The notes beneath the pieces are model-generated. The model was not told where the DNA came from, did no database searches, and saw only the letters and a program-made list of their open reading frames with translations. Shown piece by piece: positions 49,450 through 58,306 of a stretch of DNA of 64,000 nucleotides. The translations under genes and the position numbers were made by a program. The stretch comes from Rhodoluna sp. (GTDB taxonomy: Bacteria; Actinomycetota; Actinomycetes; Actinomycetales; Microbacteriaceae): NCBI GenBank assembly GCA_044348705.1, contig JBIKSH010000005.1:25552-89551 (forward strand), given 5' to 3'. The number at the start of each line of letters is the position of its first letter. The first letter of the stretch is position 1.

Positions 49450-50019
49450 TTAGCCTTCGACCTGCGTGACTGGCTCTTTATCGGCGCTGACCTCTTCGGG
49501 CTCGTCATCGGCGATTTCTTCGAACAGCCCGGCCGGAGGGGTAACTGTGACGGTCTGCGCCTCGATGTCGACGGCTGGCACAATCGCCTTGACGAATGGA
49601 ACCAATACCTCGCCGGTTTCGGTCTTGACGGCCAAAAGGTCGTGTGCCGGAAAGTGTTCAACTCGAACAACCTTGCCGACCACTGCGCCGTCGCGAACCA
49701 CTTTGAGGCCGACGAGCTGGTGGTCATACCAAGCGTCTTCTTCGGGTGGCAGGGCGGCCGCATCGGTGTCGATGAGGAGGATGGCTTTGATTAGGCTTTC
49801 GGCTGCGTTACGGTCGTCGACGCCTTCAAGAAAAATCACCGGGGCTAGGTTGTACCAGCGAAGTTCGGTGACGGTGACGGTCTTACCGAACCATGGTGAG
49901 GTTTCGGGAACCTGAAGTTTGAGAACCGCGCCAGGAACGAAACGTTCGTTTGGGCTGTCGGTGTATAGCTCTAGTTTGATAGCACCTTTTAGGCCATGAG
50001 CCTTTAGCAGACGGCCCAC
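49450..50019 (-). CDS. rimM: 16S rRNA processing protein RimM
   Basis: VGRLLKAHGLKGAIKLELYTD.P..RF.. GTG start, PRC-barrel C-terminus plus an acidic tail. 189 aa. Confidence 0.9.
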   Translation of the reverse strand: MGRLLKAHGLKGAIKLELYTDSPNERFVPGAVLKLQVPETSPWFGKTVTVTELRWYNLAPVIFLEGVDDRNAAESLIKAILLIDTDAAALPPEEDAWYDHQLVGLKVVRDGAVVGKVVRVEHFPAHDLLAVKTETGEVLVPFVKAIVPAVDIEAQTVTVTPPAGLFEEIADDEPEEVSADKEPVTQVEG

Positions 50020-50035
50020 ACGGAGCTCGGTCTGC

Positions 50036-50272
50036 TTAGAAATCGGTCTCTACCAGTTCAACACGCACGCGCTTGCCATCGGCAAGGGCATTGACCAGGG
50101 TGCGCAGGGCCTTAGCGGTGCGGCCGTTGCGCCCGATCACTCGACCCAGATCTTCTGGGTGAACGTGAACCTCGAGCAGATCTCCACGAGAGGTTGAGCG
50201 TTCGGTAACGGTAGCGTCTTCCGGGTGGTCGACGATGCCTTTAACCAAGTGTTCGAGCGCAGCGGCTAGCAC
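50036..50272 (-). CDS. KH-domain RNA-binding protein (YlqC/UPF0109-like)
   Basis: ..V..IVD.PE.......E....L.L.V.P.D.G.VIGR.GRTA.ALR.... 78 aa. It has the conserved position between rpsP and rimM. Confidence 0.88.
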   Translation of the reverse strand: MLAAALEHLVKGIVDHPEDATVTERSTSRGDLLEVHVHPEDLGRVIGRNGRTAKALRTLVNALADGKRVRVELVETDF

Positions 50273-50277
50273 GACTA

Positions 50278-50892
50278 CTAAGCCTCTTCTGCTGGTGCTT
50301 CTGCTTCTGCAGCAGGAGCTTCTTCAGCGGCAGGTGCCTCTTCGGCTGCAGGTGCTTCTTCAGCAACTGCCTCTGCCTCGGCAGCAGGAGCCTCTTCGAC
50401 TACTGCTTCTGCCTCTGCAGCTGGAGCTTCTTCGGCTACAACCTCGGCCGGAGCCTCGACTGCTGCCTCTTCGGCTACAGGTGCATCTACAACTTCTTCA
50501 ACGGCTGCCTCTTCGACAACTGCTGCGACTACTGGGGCCTTCTTCTCTTCCTTCGGACGAAGAACGGCCTTCTTAGCAGAGTCAACTACGAACTCTGGCT
50601 TTGGCTCTTTGACCTGAACCTTGTTCACGGCCTTTTCGCCCTTCGAAGCCTGGAAGTCACCAGTTAGCTTCAGAAGTGCCATTACCTGCTCGGTTGGCTG
50701 AGCGCCAACGCCTAGCCAGTACTGAGCGCGCTCAGAGTTGACTTCAATGAAAGATGGGTTTTCGGTCGGAATGTAACGACCAATTTCTTCGATCACGCGA
50801 CCGTCACGCTTAGTGCGTGAGTCGGCAACGACGATGCGGTAGTGCGGCGCACGGATTTTTCCGAGACGCTTTAGGCGGATTTTGACGGCCAC
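50278..50892 (-). CDS. rpsP: 30S ribosomal protein S16 with a long Ala/Glu-rich C-terminal extension (204 aa)
   Basis: GTG 50892 (AGGAG 6 nt upstream), then [38 protein letters not shown]... The track start at 50946 is over-extended. Confidence 0.93.
   Translation of the reverse strand: MAVKIRLKRLGKIRAPHYRIVVADSRTKRDGRVIEEIGRYIPTENPSFIEVNSERAQYWLGVGAQPTEQVMALLKLTGDFQASKGEKAVNKVQVKEPKPEFVVDSAKKAVLRPKEEKKAPVVAAVVEEAAVEEVVDAPVAEEAAVEAPAEVVAEEAPAAEAEAVVEEAPAAEAEAVAEEAPAAEEAPAAEEAPAAEAEAPAEEA
50281..50560 (-). repeat. Nested in-frame tandem repeats encoding the S16 tail (EEAPAA x3; (V/A)[14 protein letters not shown] x2)
   Basis: Three consecutive 18-nt units on the plus strand starting near 50311 (gcagcaggagcttcttca / gcggcaggtgcctcttcg / gctgcaggtgcttcttca) and two units of about 39 nt immediately after. 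Confidence 0.7.
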
Positions 50893-51016
50893 AATGCTCC
50901 TGTTAACTGTTGTATTGGGCGAGTTCCACCGTGAGCGTGGGGGCACACTCGGTAGAGAAGCTCTAGGGGTTGCCGGCAGTGTTTGGTTAGAGGGTCAAAC
51001 ACAAGGCAACCGCTCT

Positions 51017-51046
51017 ATTCTGCCAGAAGAACTAGGTAGATGGCAA
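51017..51046 (-). promoter_or_regulatory. Candidate rpsP-operon promoter: TTGCCA-18 nt-CAGAAT, with TGG immediately 5' of the -10
   Basis: The minus strand reads gTTGCCatctacCTAGTTCTTCTGGCAGAATagagcGGTTGC. It lies 30 nt downstream of the ffh stop and about 125 nt upstream of the rpsP GTG. Confidence 0.5.
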
Positions 51047-51074
51047 CCAAACTCGCAATATCGGGGCGATTCGG

Positions 51075-52574
51075 TTAGATTCCGAACGCCGATCCGCTTG
51101 CGCCCGGTTCAACATCCTTGGATGCACGGCGGGCAGCCTCTTCGGCCGCGCGCTTGGCCGGGTTGCCAGACTTGGAACCCTTCTTACCCTTGTCGTTTTT
51201 CTTAGACTTTCCGCCACCGATGAAGCCGCCACCCATGCCCGGCATGTTTGGCATGCCAGGAATCTGAGGCATTCCGCCCTTGGCAACGGTTTTCATCATC
51301 TTGGCGGCCTGCTCGAAGCGGTTCACCAGAGAGTTCACCTCGGTGACCGTCACACCCGAACCCTTGGCGATGCGCAGGCGGCGTGAGCCGTTTAGCACCT
51401 TCGGTTCGTGACGCTCACGCGGGGTCATCGAGCGAATGATCGCTTCGGTTCGGTCGATTTCGCGCTCGTCAAAGTTTTCGAGCTGCTCACGCATCTGTCC
51501 AGCACCCGGCATCATGGCGAGCAGGCTCTTCATGTTGCCCATTTTGCGAAGCTGCTGCATCTGCTCAAGAAAGTCTTCGAGGGTGAAGGTTTCAGAGAGC
51601 ATCTTCTCTGAAAGGCGCTTGGCCTCATCTTCGTCGAAAGCCTTCTGAGTCTTTTCGATTAGCGAAAGAACGTCACCCATGTCGAGAATGCGGCTCGCCA
51701 TGCGGTCTGGGTAGAACGGTTCGAAAGCGTCTAGACCTTCACCGGTTGACGAAAAGAGGATGGGCTTGCCGGTGACAGACGAAACCGAGAGCGCCGCACC
51801 ACCGCGCGCATCGCCATCGAGCTTGGTAAGCACGACACCGGTAATTCCAACGCCATCTTGAAACGCCTTTGCGACGTTTACGGCGTCTTGACCGATCATC
51901 GCGTCGATGACGAACAAAACCTCGTCTGGGTCGGTTGCCTTGGCGATGTCGCGGGCCTGCTTCATCAACTCTTCGTCAATGCCGAGGCGACCCGCGGTGT
52001 CAACGATTACAACGCTGTACTGCTTCTTGGTGGCGTGCTTGATCGCGTCTTTTGCGACTGTTACTGGGTTACCTACCCCGTTACCCGGCTCTGGAGCGAA
52101 AACGTCTACGCCGGCGCGCTCACCAACAACCTGCAGCTGGTTTACGGCATTCGGGCGCTGAAGGTCGGCGGCAACTAGAAGCGGAGTCTGGCCTTGGTCT
52201 TTCAACCACTTCGAAAGCTTTCCGGCGAGGGTGGTCTTACCGCTACCCTGCAAACCGGCCAGCATGATCACGGTCGGTGGGTTCTTGGCAAACGAAATCT
52301 TGCGCGCTTCGCCACCAAGAATGGCGACCAGCTCTTCATTCACAATCTGAACGACCTGCTGAGCCGGGTTCAGGGCCTTGCTGACCTCGTCACCAAGGGC
52401 GCGGTCACGAACCGCATTTACAAAGTTCTTGACAACTTCGAGCGCAACGTCAGCCTCGAGCAGGGCTCTGCGAATCTCGCGAAGCGTGGCATCGATGTCG
52501 GCGGGAGTTAGCTTGCCTTTGGTGCGCAGGTTTCTAAACGTCTCGACAAGACGATCTGACAGGTTACCGAACAC
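51075..52574 (-). CDS. ffh: Signal recognition particle protein
   Basis: MFGNLSDRL...F..LRGKG.L...D.......IR.ALLEADV.., GLQGSGKTT, DTAGR, M-domain, basic Gly/Lys-rich tail. 499 aa. Confidence 0.96.
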   Translation of the reverse strand: MFGNLSDRLVETFRNLRTKGKLTPADIDATLREIRRALLEADVALEVVKNFVNAVRDRALGDEVSKALNPAQQVVQIVNEELVAILGGEARKISFAKNPPTVIMLAGLQGSGKTTLAGKLSKWLKDQGQTPLLVAADLQRPNAVNQLQVVGERAGVDVFAPEPGNGVGNPVTVAKDAIKHATKKQYSVVIVDTAGRLGIDEELMKQARDIAKATDPDEVLFVIDAMIGQDAVNVAKAFQDGVGITGVVLTKLDGDARGGAALSVSSVTGKPILFSSTGEGLDAFEPFYPDRMASRILDMGDVLSLIEKTQKAFDEDEAKRLSEKMLSETFTLEDFLEQMQQLRKMGNMKSLLAMMPGAGQMREQLENFDEREIDRTEAIIRSMTPRERHEPKVLNGSRRLRIAKGSGVTVTEVNSLVNRFEQAAKMMKTVAKGGMPQIPGMPNMPGMGGGFIGGGKSKKNDKGKKGSKSGNPAKRAAEEAARRASKDVEPGASGSAFGI

Positions 52575-52596
52575 AAAACTCCTTGGTTGCTTGAAT

Positions 52597-53793
52597 CTAG
52601 TTAACTAGACCCTTTGCGAATTCACGTGCGTCAAAGAACGCAAAATCTGAAATACCTTCACCGACTCCGACCAACTTCACCGGAATGCCCAGTTCGGTCT
52701 GAATCGAATAAACAATGCCACCCTTGGCCGTGCCGTCTAGTTTGGTGAGCGCTACACCGGTCACCTTGGCAACCTCGGCAAAAGCCTTGGCCTGAACCAT
52801 GCCGTTTTGCCCTGTCGTCGCATCAATCACCAACAGAACTTCTGCGATGACGGCCTGCTTTTCGACAACGCGGCGAATCTTGTCGAGCTCGTTCATGAGG
52901 TCGATCTTGTTCTGAAGGCGACCGGCGGTGTCGATAATCAAAATGTCGGCTTGGTCACGAACCGCGATTTCGGTGGCTTCAAATGCCACGGATGCTGGGT
53001 CTTGCCCTTCGGTTTTTGGTCGAATAAGGGTCGCACCCGCGCGATCTGCCCAAGTTGCAATCTGGTCGACAGCCGCTGCACGGAATGTGTCGGCAGCTGC
53101 GATTACGACATCCCAGTCTCCTTCTTTGAGCCACTTGGCAAGCTTGCCGATGGTGGTGGTCTTGCCTACGCCGTTCACGCCGACGACCAAAATCACGTAA
53201 GGGAGTTTTTGGCTGCTGAGGTTCAGGGCCTTGTCGTCACGCTCGAGGTTTTCGGCGATGATGTCTTGCAAAATCTGCTTGAGCTCAGCTTCGCTCTTAG
53301 CGCCTTGCTTCTTGGCTCGGCTCTTGACGCCCTCGACGATGCGCTCGGCAGCGGCCACGCCAAAGTCGGCCTGAATCAGAACGTCTTCGAGCTCATCGAG
53401 GTTCTCAGGGTCGAACTTGATACGAGTGAACAGGCTCTTGATGCCCTTGATGAACGAACGCTTCGGTAGCTCGACGGCCTCTAGGGCTGGCTCAGGCGCG
53501 CGTTCTGGTTCGGGAGTCGGTTCAGGGGTCGGCTCTGGCTCGGGTGCAACCTCTGGCGCGACTTCAACGACTGGCTCCGGCTCGGGTTCCGGTTCCGGTT
53601 CCGGCGCAACCTCAACAACTGGTTCCGGTACAACCTCGACAACGGCCTCAACAACTGGTGCTTCGACAATCTCGACGGGCGCTTCGACGACAGGCTCGGG
53701 CTGCGCTGCAACCGCGGGCGCTTCGACTGCTTCGACCGGCTGCTCCTGCGGAGCATCCTTGTCTTTCTTTTTGCGCCAGAAAAGGAAACCCAT
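52597..53793 (-). CDS. ftsY: SRP receptor FtsY with a Pro/Glu/Val/Ala-rich acidic N-terminal domain
   Basis: C-terminal NG domain (VGVNGVGKTTT, DTAGR, TKLDGTAKGG). N-terminal region of about 100 aa with PEPEPEPEPEP and PEPTPEPTPEP repeats. The ATG overlaps the smc TAA by 1 nt. Confidence 0.95.
   Translation of the reverse strand: MGFLFWRKKKDKDAPQEQPVEAVEAPAVAAQPEPVVEAPVEIVEAPVVEAVVEVVPEPVVEVAPEPEPEPEPEPVVEVAPEVAPEPEPTPEPTPEPERAPEPALEAVELPKRSFIKGIKSLFTRIKFDPENLDELEDVLIQADFGVAAAERIVEGVKSRAKKQGAKSEAELKQILQDIIAENLERDDKALNLSSQKLPYVILVVGVNGVGKTTTIGKLAKWLKEGDWDVVIAAADTFRAAAVDQIATWADRAGATLIRPKTEGQDPASVAFEATEIAVRDQADILIIDTAGRLQNKIDLMNELDKIRRVVEKQAVIAEVLLVIDATTGQNGMVQAKAFAEVAKVTGVALTKLDGTAKGGIVYSIQTELGIPVKLVGVGEGISDFAFFDAREFAKGLVN
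53480..53760 (-). repeat. Low-complexity coding repeats (PE / PEPT / VEAP units) in the ftsY 5' region
   Basis: For example, the plus strand has ggttcc x3 at about 53586-53603 within ggctccggctcgggttccggttccggttccggc. The repeats stay in-frame. Confidence 0.6.
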
Positions 53794-56700
53794 TAGACCT
53801 TCTCTTTTTCAAATCGTTGGCCGACGACTGCAGAAACACCGTCTTGACGCATTGAGACTCCGTAGAGTGCGTCGGCGATCTCCATGGTGCGCTTTTGGTG
53901 CGTAACGATGATGAGCTGCGAGCTTTCGCGCAAATCTTTGAAAATTTCGAGAAGGCGACCGAGGTTTGAATCGTCGAGTGCGGCTTCGACTTCGTCCATG
54001 ACATAGAAGGGCGAAGGGCGAGCCTTGAATATGGCAATCAATAGCGCAACGGCAGCTAGCGAACGCTCACCACCCGAGAGTAGTGAGAGGCGCTCGATAC
54101 GCTTTCCAACCGGCTTGACGGTGACTTCGATACCGGTGGTTAGCAGGTTCTCTGGGTCGGTCAAGAAAATCGAGCCGGTACCGCCTGGGAACAGAACCGG
54201 GAAAACCTGTTCGAAGGCTTTTCTGGTGTCGTTGAAGGCGTCTTCGAAGATGTGCTTCATCTTCTCGTCGAGGTCGTCAATGATCTGAAGCAAGTCTTTT
54301 CGGGTCTGAGTCAGGTCTTCGAGTTGCTCGGTCAAGAACTTGTGGCGCTGCTCAAGGGCGGCAAATTCTTCGAGCGCGAGCGGGTTCACGCGACCAAGAC
54401 GCTCGAGCACGCGCTCGGCGTCGCGGAGGCGCTTGACCTGTTCGTCACGCGCGTACGAACTGGCCGGCTCGCCATCGATGTCTGAAGGAACCATTTGGTC
54501 TGGGCCATACTCGGCAAGCAAAACGGACTGATCGAGACCGAGTTCATCGTGGGCCTTACCAACTAGATTTGCGAGATTTAAGCGCTTCTCGTGGTTGGCA
54601 AGTTCGATGTCGTGAACGCTCTCGGTAAGAGTGCTCAACTTCATTTGCGTCTCGGCGACATCGCCGCGAAGGCGAACTAACTCGCTGAATTGGTTTTGGC
54701 GAGCTGAGTCGAGGTTGGTGAGTTTTACCTTGGCTTCGGCAGATTTTGCGGCAACTGCATCCATGACCGCTGGCAGCACATCTAGAACCTTGCGCGAGTT
54801 TTCTAGGGCCTTGGCCTGGGCTGCAGCGGCAGCCTGAGCCCGCTCAATGGCTGCGGTGGCTTCGCCAACCTGTGCCTTTAGTGTTTCGGCGCGCTCTAGC
54901 TCAACTCGAAGTCGCTCAACCGCTGCGCCGAGATCGACACGAACATCCAGTTCTTTCTGGCGTTCATTTTCGAGGGCTTCGACAAGGCTTTGACGGTCAG
55001 AAACATCTACGGTAGGGCGCTCGCTGGTAGCGAAGGTGTCGTGAGCGGCCTTGGCTTGGCTGAGCGCCAACTCAGCCGCCTCGATGCCCTGCTCTGCTGC
55101 AGTGGCAACCGTCGCAAGACGGTCTACTTCACCCTGGCGAGCCTCAACCTGAACGCGCAGGCGACCTAGCTTTTCGGCGTTCGAGGCAAGGGTTGCGTCG
55201 TGTTCGTTGAGTGATGCGAGAGCCGTTTTTGCGGAAGCCTTCGCGGCCTCTTCGGTCGAACGTGCCTGTGCCAGCTCACCGCGAGCCGTTTCGATTTGCT
55301 CGTTGACCTCAGCCAACCGCGCCTCGGCTGCATCGCGTTCAGAAACAAGTTGAAGTTTCGAAGGCTTGCTCTGGCTACCACCGCGAATAACGCTGGCCGT
55401 GAGAACGTCCCCTTCGAGGGTGATCAGAGTCTGCTTGACACTGCTCGAGTCTTTTGCATACAGCGCACGTGCCGCGTCAATGTCATCGACAATCAAAATG
55501 TCGGCCAGAAGGGCAAGAATGCCGGTCGGGGCCTGCACGACGTCGGTAGCAGCTCGAACGCCAGTTACGCCAGCACTCTTGGCGGCGGCGACCTTGGCGT
55601 CGACATCGGCAATAATCAGTTCGACCCGGCCACCGTCGTTGTTCTTTAGGTGCTCGATTGCGGCAAGGCCGTCTTCACGCGTGTCGGCAACCACAGCATC
55701 CGCTAGTGAGCCAAGCGCAGCTGCAACTGCGGCTTCAAAGCCGGCGGTTACCTTCATGTGCGAAGCGACCAGCCCGCGAATGCCTCGCAGCGACGAAGAG
55801 GTGACCGAAGAAGCGCCATCTTTCTGGTCGAGCGTGAGGTTCAGGGCCGAGCGCTTAGCCGAGAGTGAATCGCGTTCACGCTCGGCCTGGTGAATAACTT
55901 CGCGAAGTTGCTCAATCTTTGCAGCCGCGTCGGCAACGGCCTTCTGCGCTGTCTCGTAGCTCTGCTCGAGATTGCTATCGCCCTTGCCACCCTCGGCCTG
56001 AAGCTGGGCTTCTAGGGTCGAATATTCGGCGGCGCTGGCATCGAGGCGGCTTTGCGCCTCAACGAGTGCGGCCTGGTGACGGGCCAATTCTTCACGGATG
56101 CTCGCCAAGCGGCTCTCGGCCACAGTCGACTCATTCGCCAAACGTGACTTCTCGAGGTCGAACTGTGAGATCAATGCGGTTTGCTCAGCGGCCTGGTTGT
56201 CGAACTTCTCGAGTACGTCTCTGGCAATGTTGCGAGTCTTCTCGGCTTCGGCGAGCGCTCCCTTGAGAGCCTCTACCGCTGCGGCCAGGCGCACAGCTTC
56301 GGCGGCGGCGTTCTCGGCATCACGGGCGATCTGAGATGGGTCAACCTGGGCGGCGGCGTTCTCTGACTGTGCGCTCAGCAAGGCGACGCGCTGATTAGCC
56401 ATCGAGAGCAGTGAGCGAAGTCGTTCGGTTACCGAGTCGTATTCGAACACCAGTTGGCGCGCTTCATCGAGTTCGGGTGAAACCTGAGCTGCCTCAAGCG
56501 AGTGAAGGCGCGCGGTGTTCTCGGCTAGAAGCTCTTGCAAAATGTTGCGCTCGGCCTTGCGGTCGGCTTCGCTCTTGGCAGTTACTTCAAGTGCGTTGTG
56601 CAGTGCTGCAATGTCGTCTGCCAGCAAACGGGCTTTGGCGTCGCGAACCACCGAGGCGATTCCGGCTGCCTGACGGGCAACCTCGGCCTGCTGGCCAAGT

Positions 56701-57311
56701 GGCTTGAGTTGGCGACGCACTTCACCGGCAAGGTCGTTTAGGCGGGTTAGGTTGGCCTGCATTGCCTCTAGCTTGCGCTGAGTTTTTTCTTTGCGGCGGC
56801 GGTGCTTGAGAATACCGGCGGCTTCTTCGATGAATCCGCGACGTTCTTCGGGTGAAGCCTTCAAAATGCCGTCTAGCTGGCCCTGACCCACGATTACGTG
56901 CATCTCGCGACCCAAACCTGAGTCGCTCAACAGTTCTTGTACGTCTAACAGGCGACAAGCATCCCCGTTGATTGCGTATTCACTGCCACCGTTGCGAAAC
57001 AGTGTGCGGCTGATGGTGACTTCGCTGTAGTCGATTGGCAGCGCGCCATCTGAGTTATCAATGGTCAAAAGCACTTCGGCACGGCCCAGTGGCCCTTTGG
57101 TGCTGGTACCGGCGAAGATGACGTCTTCCATCTTGCCGCCGCGAAGAGTCTTTGCACCCTGCTCACCCATTACCCAGGCGAGGGCGTCAACAACGTTGGA
57201 TTTTCCCGAACCGTTCGGGCCAACAACGGCGGTCACGCCAGGCTCGAAGTTGAAGGTAGTCGACTGCGCGAACGACTTAAAGCCCTTGAGGGTCAGGCTC
57301 TTGAGATACAA
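53793..57311 (-). CDS. smc: Chromosome segregation protein SMC
   Basis: MYLKSLTLKGFKSFA..T.......VTAVVGPNGSGKSN Walker A, long coiled coils, a hinge, and C-terminal LSGGE.. and ..PFYVMDEVEAALD... 1172 aa. Confidence 0.96.
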   Translation of the reverse strand: MYLKSLTLKGFKSFAQSTTFNFEPGVTAVVGPNGSGKSNVVDALAWVMGEQGAKTLRGGKMEDVIFAGTSTKGPLGRAEVLLTIDNSDGALPIDYSEVTISRTLFRNGGSEYAINGDACRLLDVQELLSDSGLGREMHVIVGQGQLDGILKASPEERRGFIEEAAGILKHRRRKEKTQRKLEAMQANLTRLNDLAGEVRRQLKPLGQQAEVARQAAGIASVVRDAKARLLADDIAALHNALEVTAKSEADRKAERNILQELLAENTARLHSLEAAQVSPELDEARQLVFEYDSVTERLRSLLSMANQRVALLSAQSENAAAQVDPSQIARDAENAAAEAVRLAAAVEALKGALAEAEKTRNIARDVLEKFDNQAAEQTALISQFDLEKSRLANESTVAESRLASIREELARHQAALVEAQSRLDASAAEYSTLEAQLQAEGGKGDSNLEQSYETAQKAVADAAAKIEQLREVIHQAERERDSLSAKRSALNLTLDQKDGASSVTSSSLRGIRGLVASHMKVTAGFEAAVAAALGSLADAVVADTREDGLAAIEHLKNNDGGRVELIIADVDAKVAAAKSAGVTGVRAATDVVQAPTGILALLADILIVDDIDAARALYAKDSSSVKQTLITLEGDVLTASVIRGGSQSKPSKLQLVSERDAAEARLAEVNEQIETARGELAQARSTEEAAKASAKTALASLNEHDATLASNAEKLGRLRVQVEARQGEVDRLATVATAAEQGIEAAELALSQAKAAHDTFATSERPTVDVSDRQSLVEALENERQKELDVRVDLGAAVERLRVELERAETLKAQVGEATAAIERAQAAAAAQAKALENSRKVLDVLPAVMDAVAAKSAEAKVKLTNLDSARQNQFSELVRLRGDVAETQMKLSTLTESVHDIELANHEKRLNLANLVGKAHDELGLDQSVLLAEYGPDQMVPSDIDGEPASSYARDEQVKRLRDAERVLERLGRVNPLALEEFAALEQRHKFLTEQLEDLTQTRKDLLQIIDDLDEKMKHIFEDAFNDTRKAFEQVFPVLFPGGTGSIFLTDPENLLTTGIEVTVKPVGKRIERLSLLSGGERSLAAVALLIAIFKARPSPFYVMDEVEAALDDSNLGRLLEIFKDLRESSQLIIVTHQKRTMEIADALYGVSMRQDGVSAVVGQRFEKEKV

Positions 57312-57373
57312 GCTTCACGCACCTATGCAACGTTTAAAAGAACGGCGAATGCCGTCACACAAAATTACCCCAT

Positions 57374-58306
57374 TTAGCGGGTGAGTTTTTGACACTTTGG
57401 GCAGAAATGCGAACCGCGGTTCATCCACGAGTCGCGCCTAATTGGCGTGCCACAGCGGTTGCACGGTTTATCGGTTTGCCCATACGCGTTCAGTGACACC
57501 TCGAAATAGCCCGATTCGCCGTTCACGTTTTTGTACTGCTCATCAAAACTGGTTCCGCCGGCCTCAACTGCTCGAGCTAGGATGCCCTGCACCTCAGTCA
57601 TCAGAATGCCAAGTTTTGCGGCCGAAATGTCTTTGGCTGGGCGGTCGTAGTGCAGTTTTGCAGCCCAAAGCGCTTCATCGGCATAGATGTTGCCAATGCC
57701 GCTGACCACACCCTGGTCGAGCAGCACGCGCTTGATGCCGGAGTTTTTGCCGCGCATCCGCTTGATCACCGCGGCGAGGTTGAATTCTGGGTCAAGCGGG
57801 TCTCGCGAAATGTGGGCAGCGGATCGAGGAATCTTGTGTTGCCACTCCCCTACCCGAAGTGCGCTGTCGCTGAACCCGCCCATGCCGCCGTCTGCGGTCG
57901 AAATGAGCTCATCGATTTGCAGCGAACCGAAGATGCGCTGGTCGACGAATCGAAACTCAATTGGTGAACCATCTTTCGCCTCGAGGTGAATAACGATTCT
58001 GGTGAGTTTGTCTGGCCCTGCTCCGGCATCGCGAATAAGCATTTGCCCACTCATGCCGAGGTGCCCAACGAGAGCGAAGTTCACGTCGGTCGAGCCATTG
58101 AGTTCGAGCGGTAGCCATAAAAACTTGCCGCGACGAACAACGGCTAGCACCTTTGCGCCCTCGAGTGCCGTTACGAAATCTCGCGGTCCGGGGAGGTGTC
58201 GTTTGAGGCTGCGTTCGTCCAAGACTTCAATGGCACGGATGCTCGCACCGATAACGTGTTGCGAAAGACCAAGTCGAACGGTTTCGACTTCTGGTAACTC
58301 GGGCAC
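57374..58306 (-). CDS. mutM: Formamidopyrimidine-DNA glycosylase
   Basis: GTG start, then PELPEVETV.. (N-terminal Pro nucleophile after Met removal). C-terminal zinc finger C.RCG......R....CP.CQ. 310 aa. Confidence 0.93.
   Translation of the reverse strand: MPELPEVETVRLGLSQHVIGASIRAIEVLDERSLKRHLPGPRDFVTALEGAKVLAVVRRGKFLWLPLELNGSTDVNFALVGHLGMSGQMLIRDAGAGPDKLTRIVIHLEAKDGSPIEFRFVDQRIFGSLQIDELISTADGGMGGFSDSALRVGEWQHKIPRSAAHISRDPLDPEFNLAAVIKRMRGKNSGIKRVLLDQGVVSGIGNIYADEALWAAKLHYDRPAKDISAAKLGILMTEVQGILARAVEAGGTSFDEQYKNVNGESGYFEVSLNAYGQTDKPCNRCGTPIRRDSWMNRGSHFCPKCQKLTR

Noticed and set aside
50235-50576. Plus-strand 113-aa ORF rich in Leu/Gln/Pro ([18 protein letters not shown]..)
   Set aside because: It is the antisense reading of the Ala/Glu-rich repeat tail of rpsP. 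It exists only because the GAA/GCN repeats lack stop codons on the opposite strand.
53480-53760. Short periodic DNA repeats (ggttcc etc.) checked as a possible CRISPR or VNTR locus
   Set aside because: The units are 6-18 nt, contiguous with no spacers, in-frame and inside ftsY. The same applies to the rpsP tail. No CRISPR-like repeat-spacer architecture exists anywhere in the window.
38431-53800. Identical decamer CATTAGACCT at two gene junctions (38431-38440 frr/cdsA and 53791-53800 smc/ftsY)
   Set aside because: Both upstream genes happen to end in Val-stop (GTC TAA) and are overlapped by an ATG, with one more matching base pair on each side. Similarity does not extend further. It is most likely coincidence on top of the common TAATG junction.
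53417-53905. Plus-strand 162-aa Gly/Ser/Thr-rich ORF (and 53544..53855)
   Set aside because: It is antisense to the PE-repeat N-terminal domain of ftsY. It is low complexity, and ftsY on the minus strand is unambiguous.
57312-57373. Weak hairpin ACGGC-attc-GCCGT followed by TCTTTTAAA on the minus strand after mutM, considered as a terminator
   Set aside because: The stem is only 5-6 bp and the T-run is interrupted. It lies directly upstream of smc, which may be co-transcribed. The evidence is too weak to annotate.
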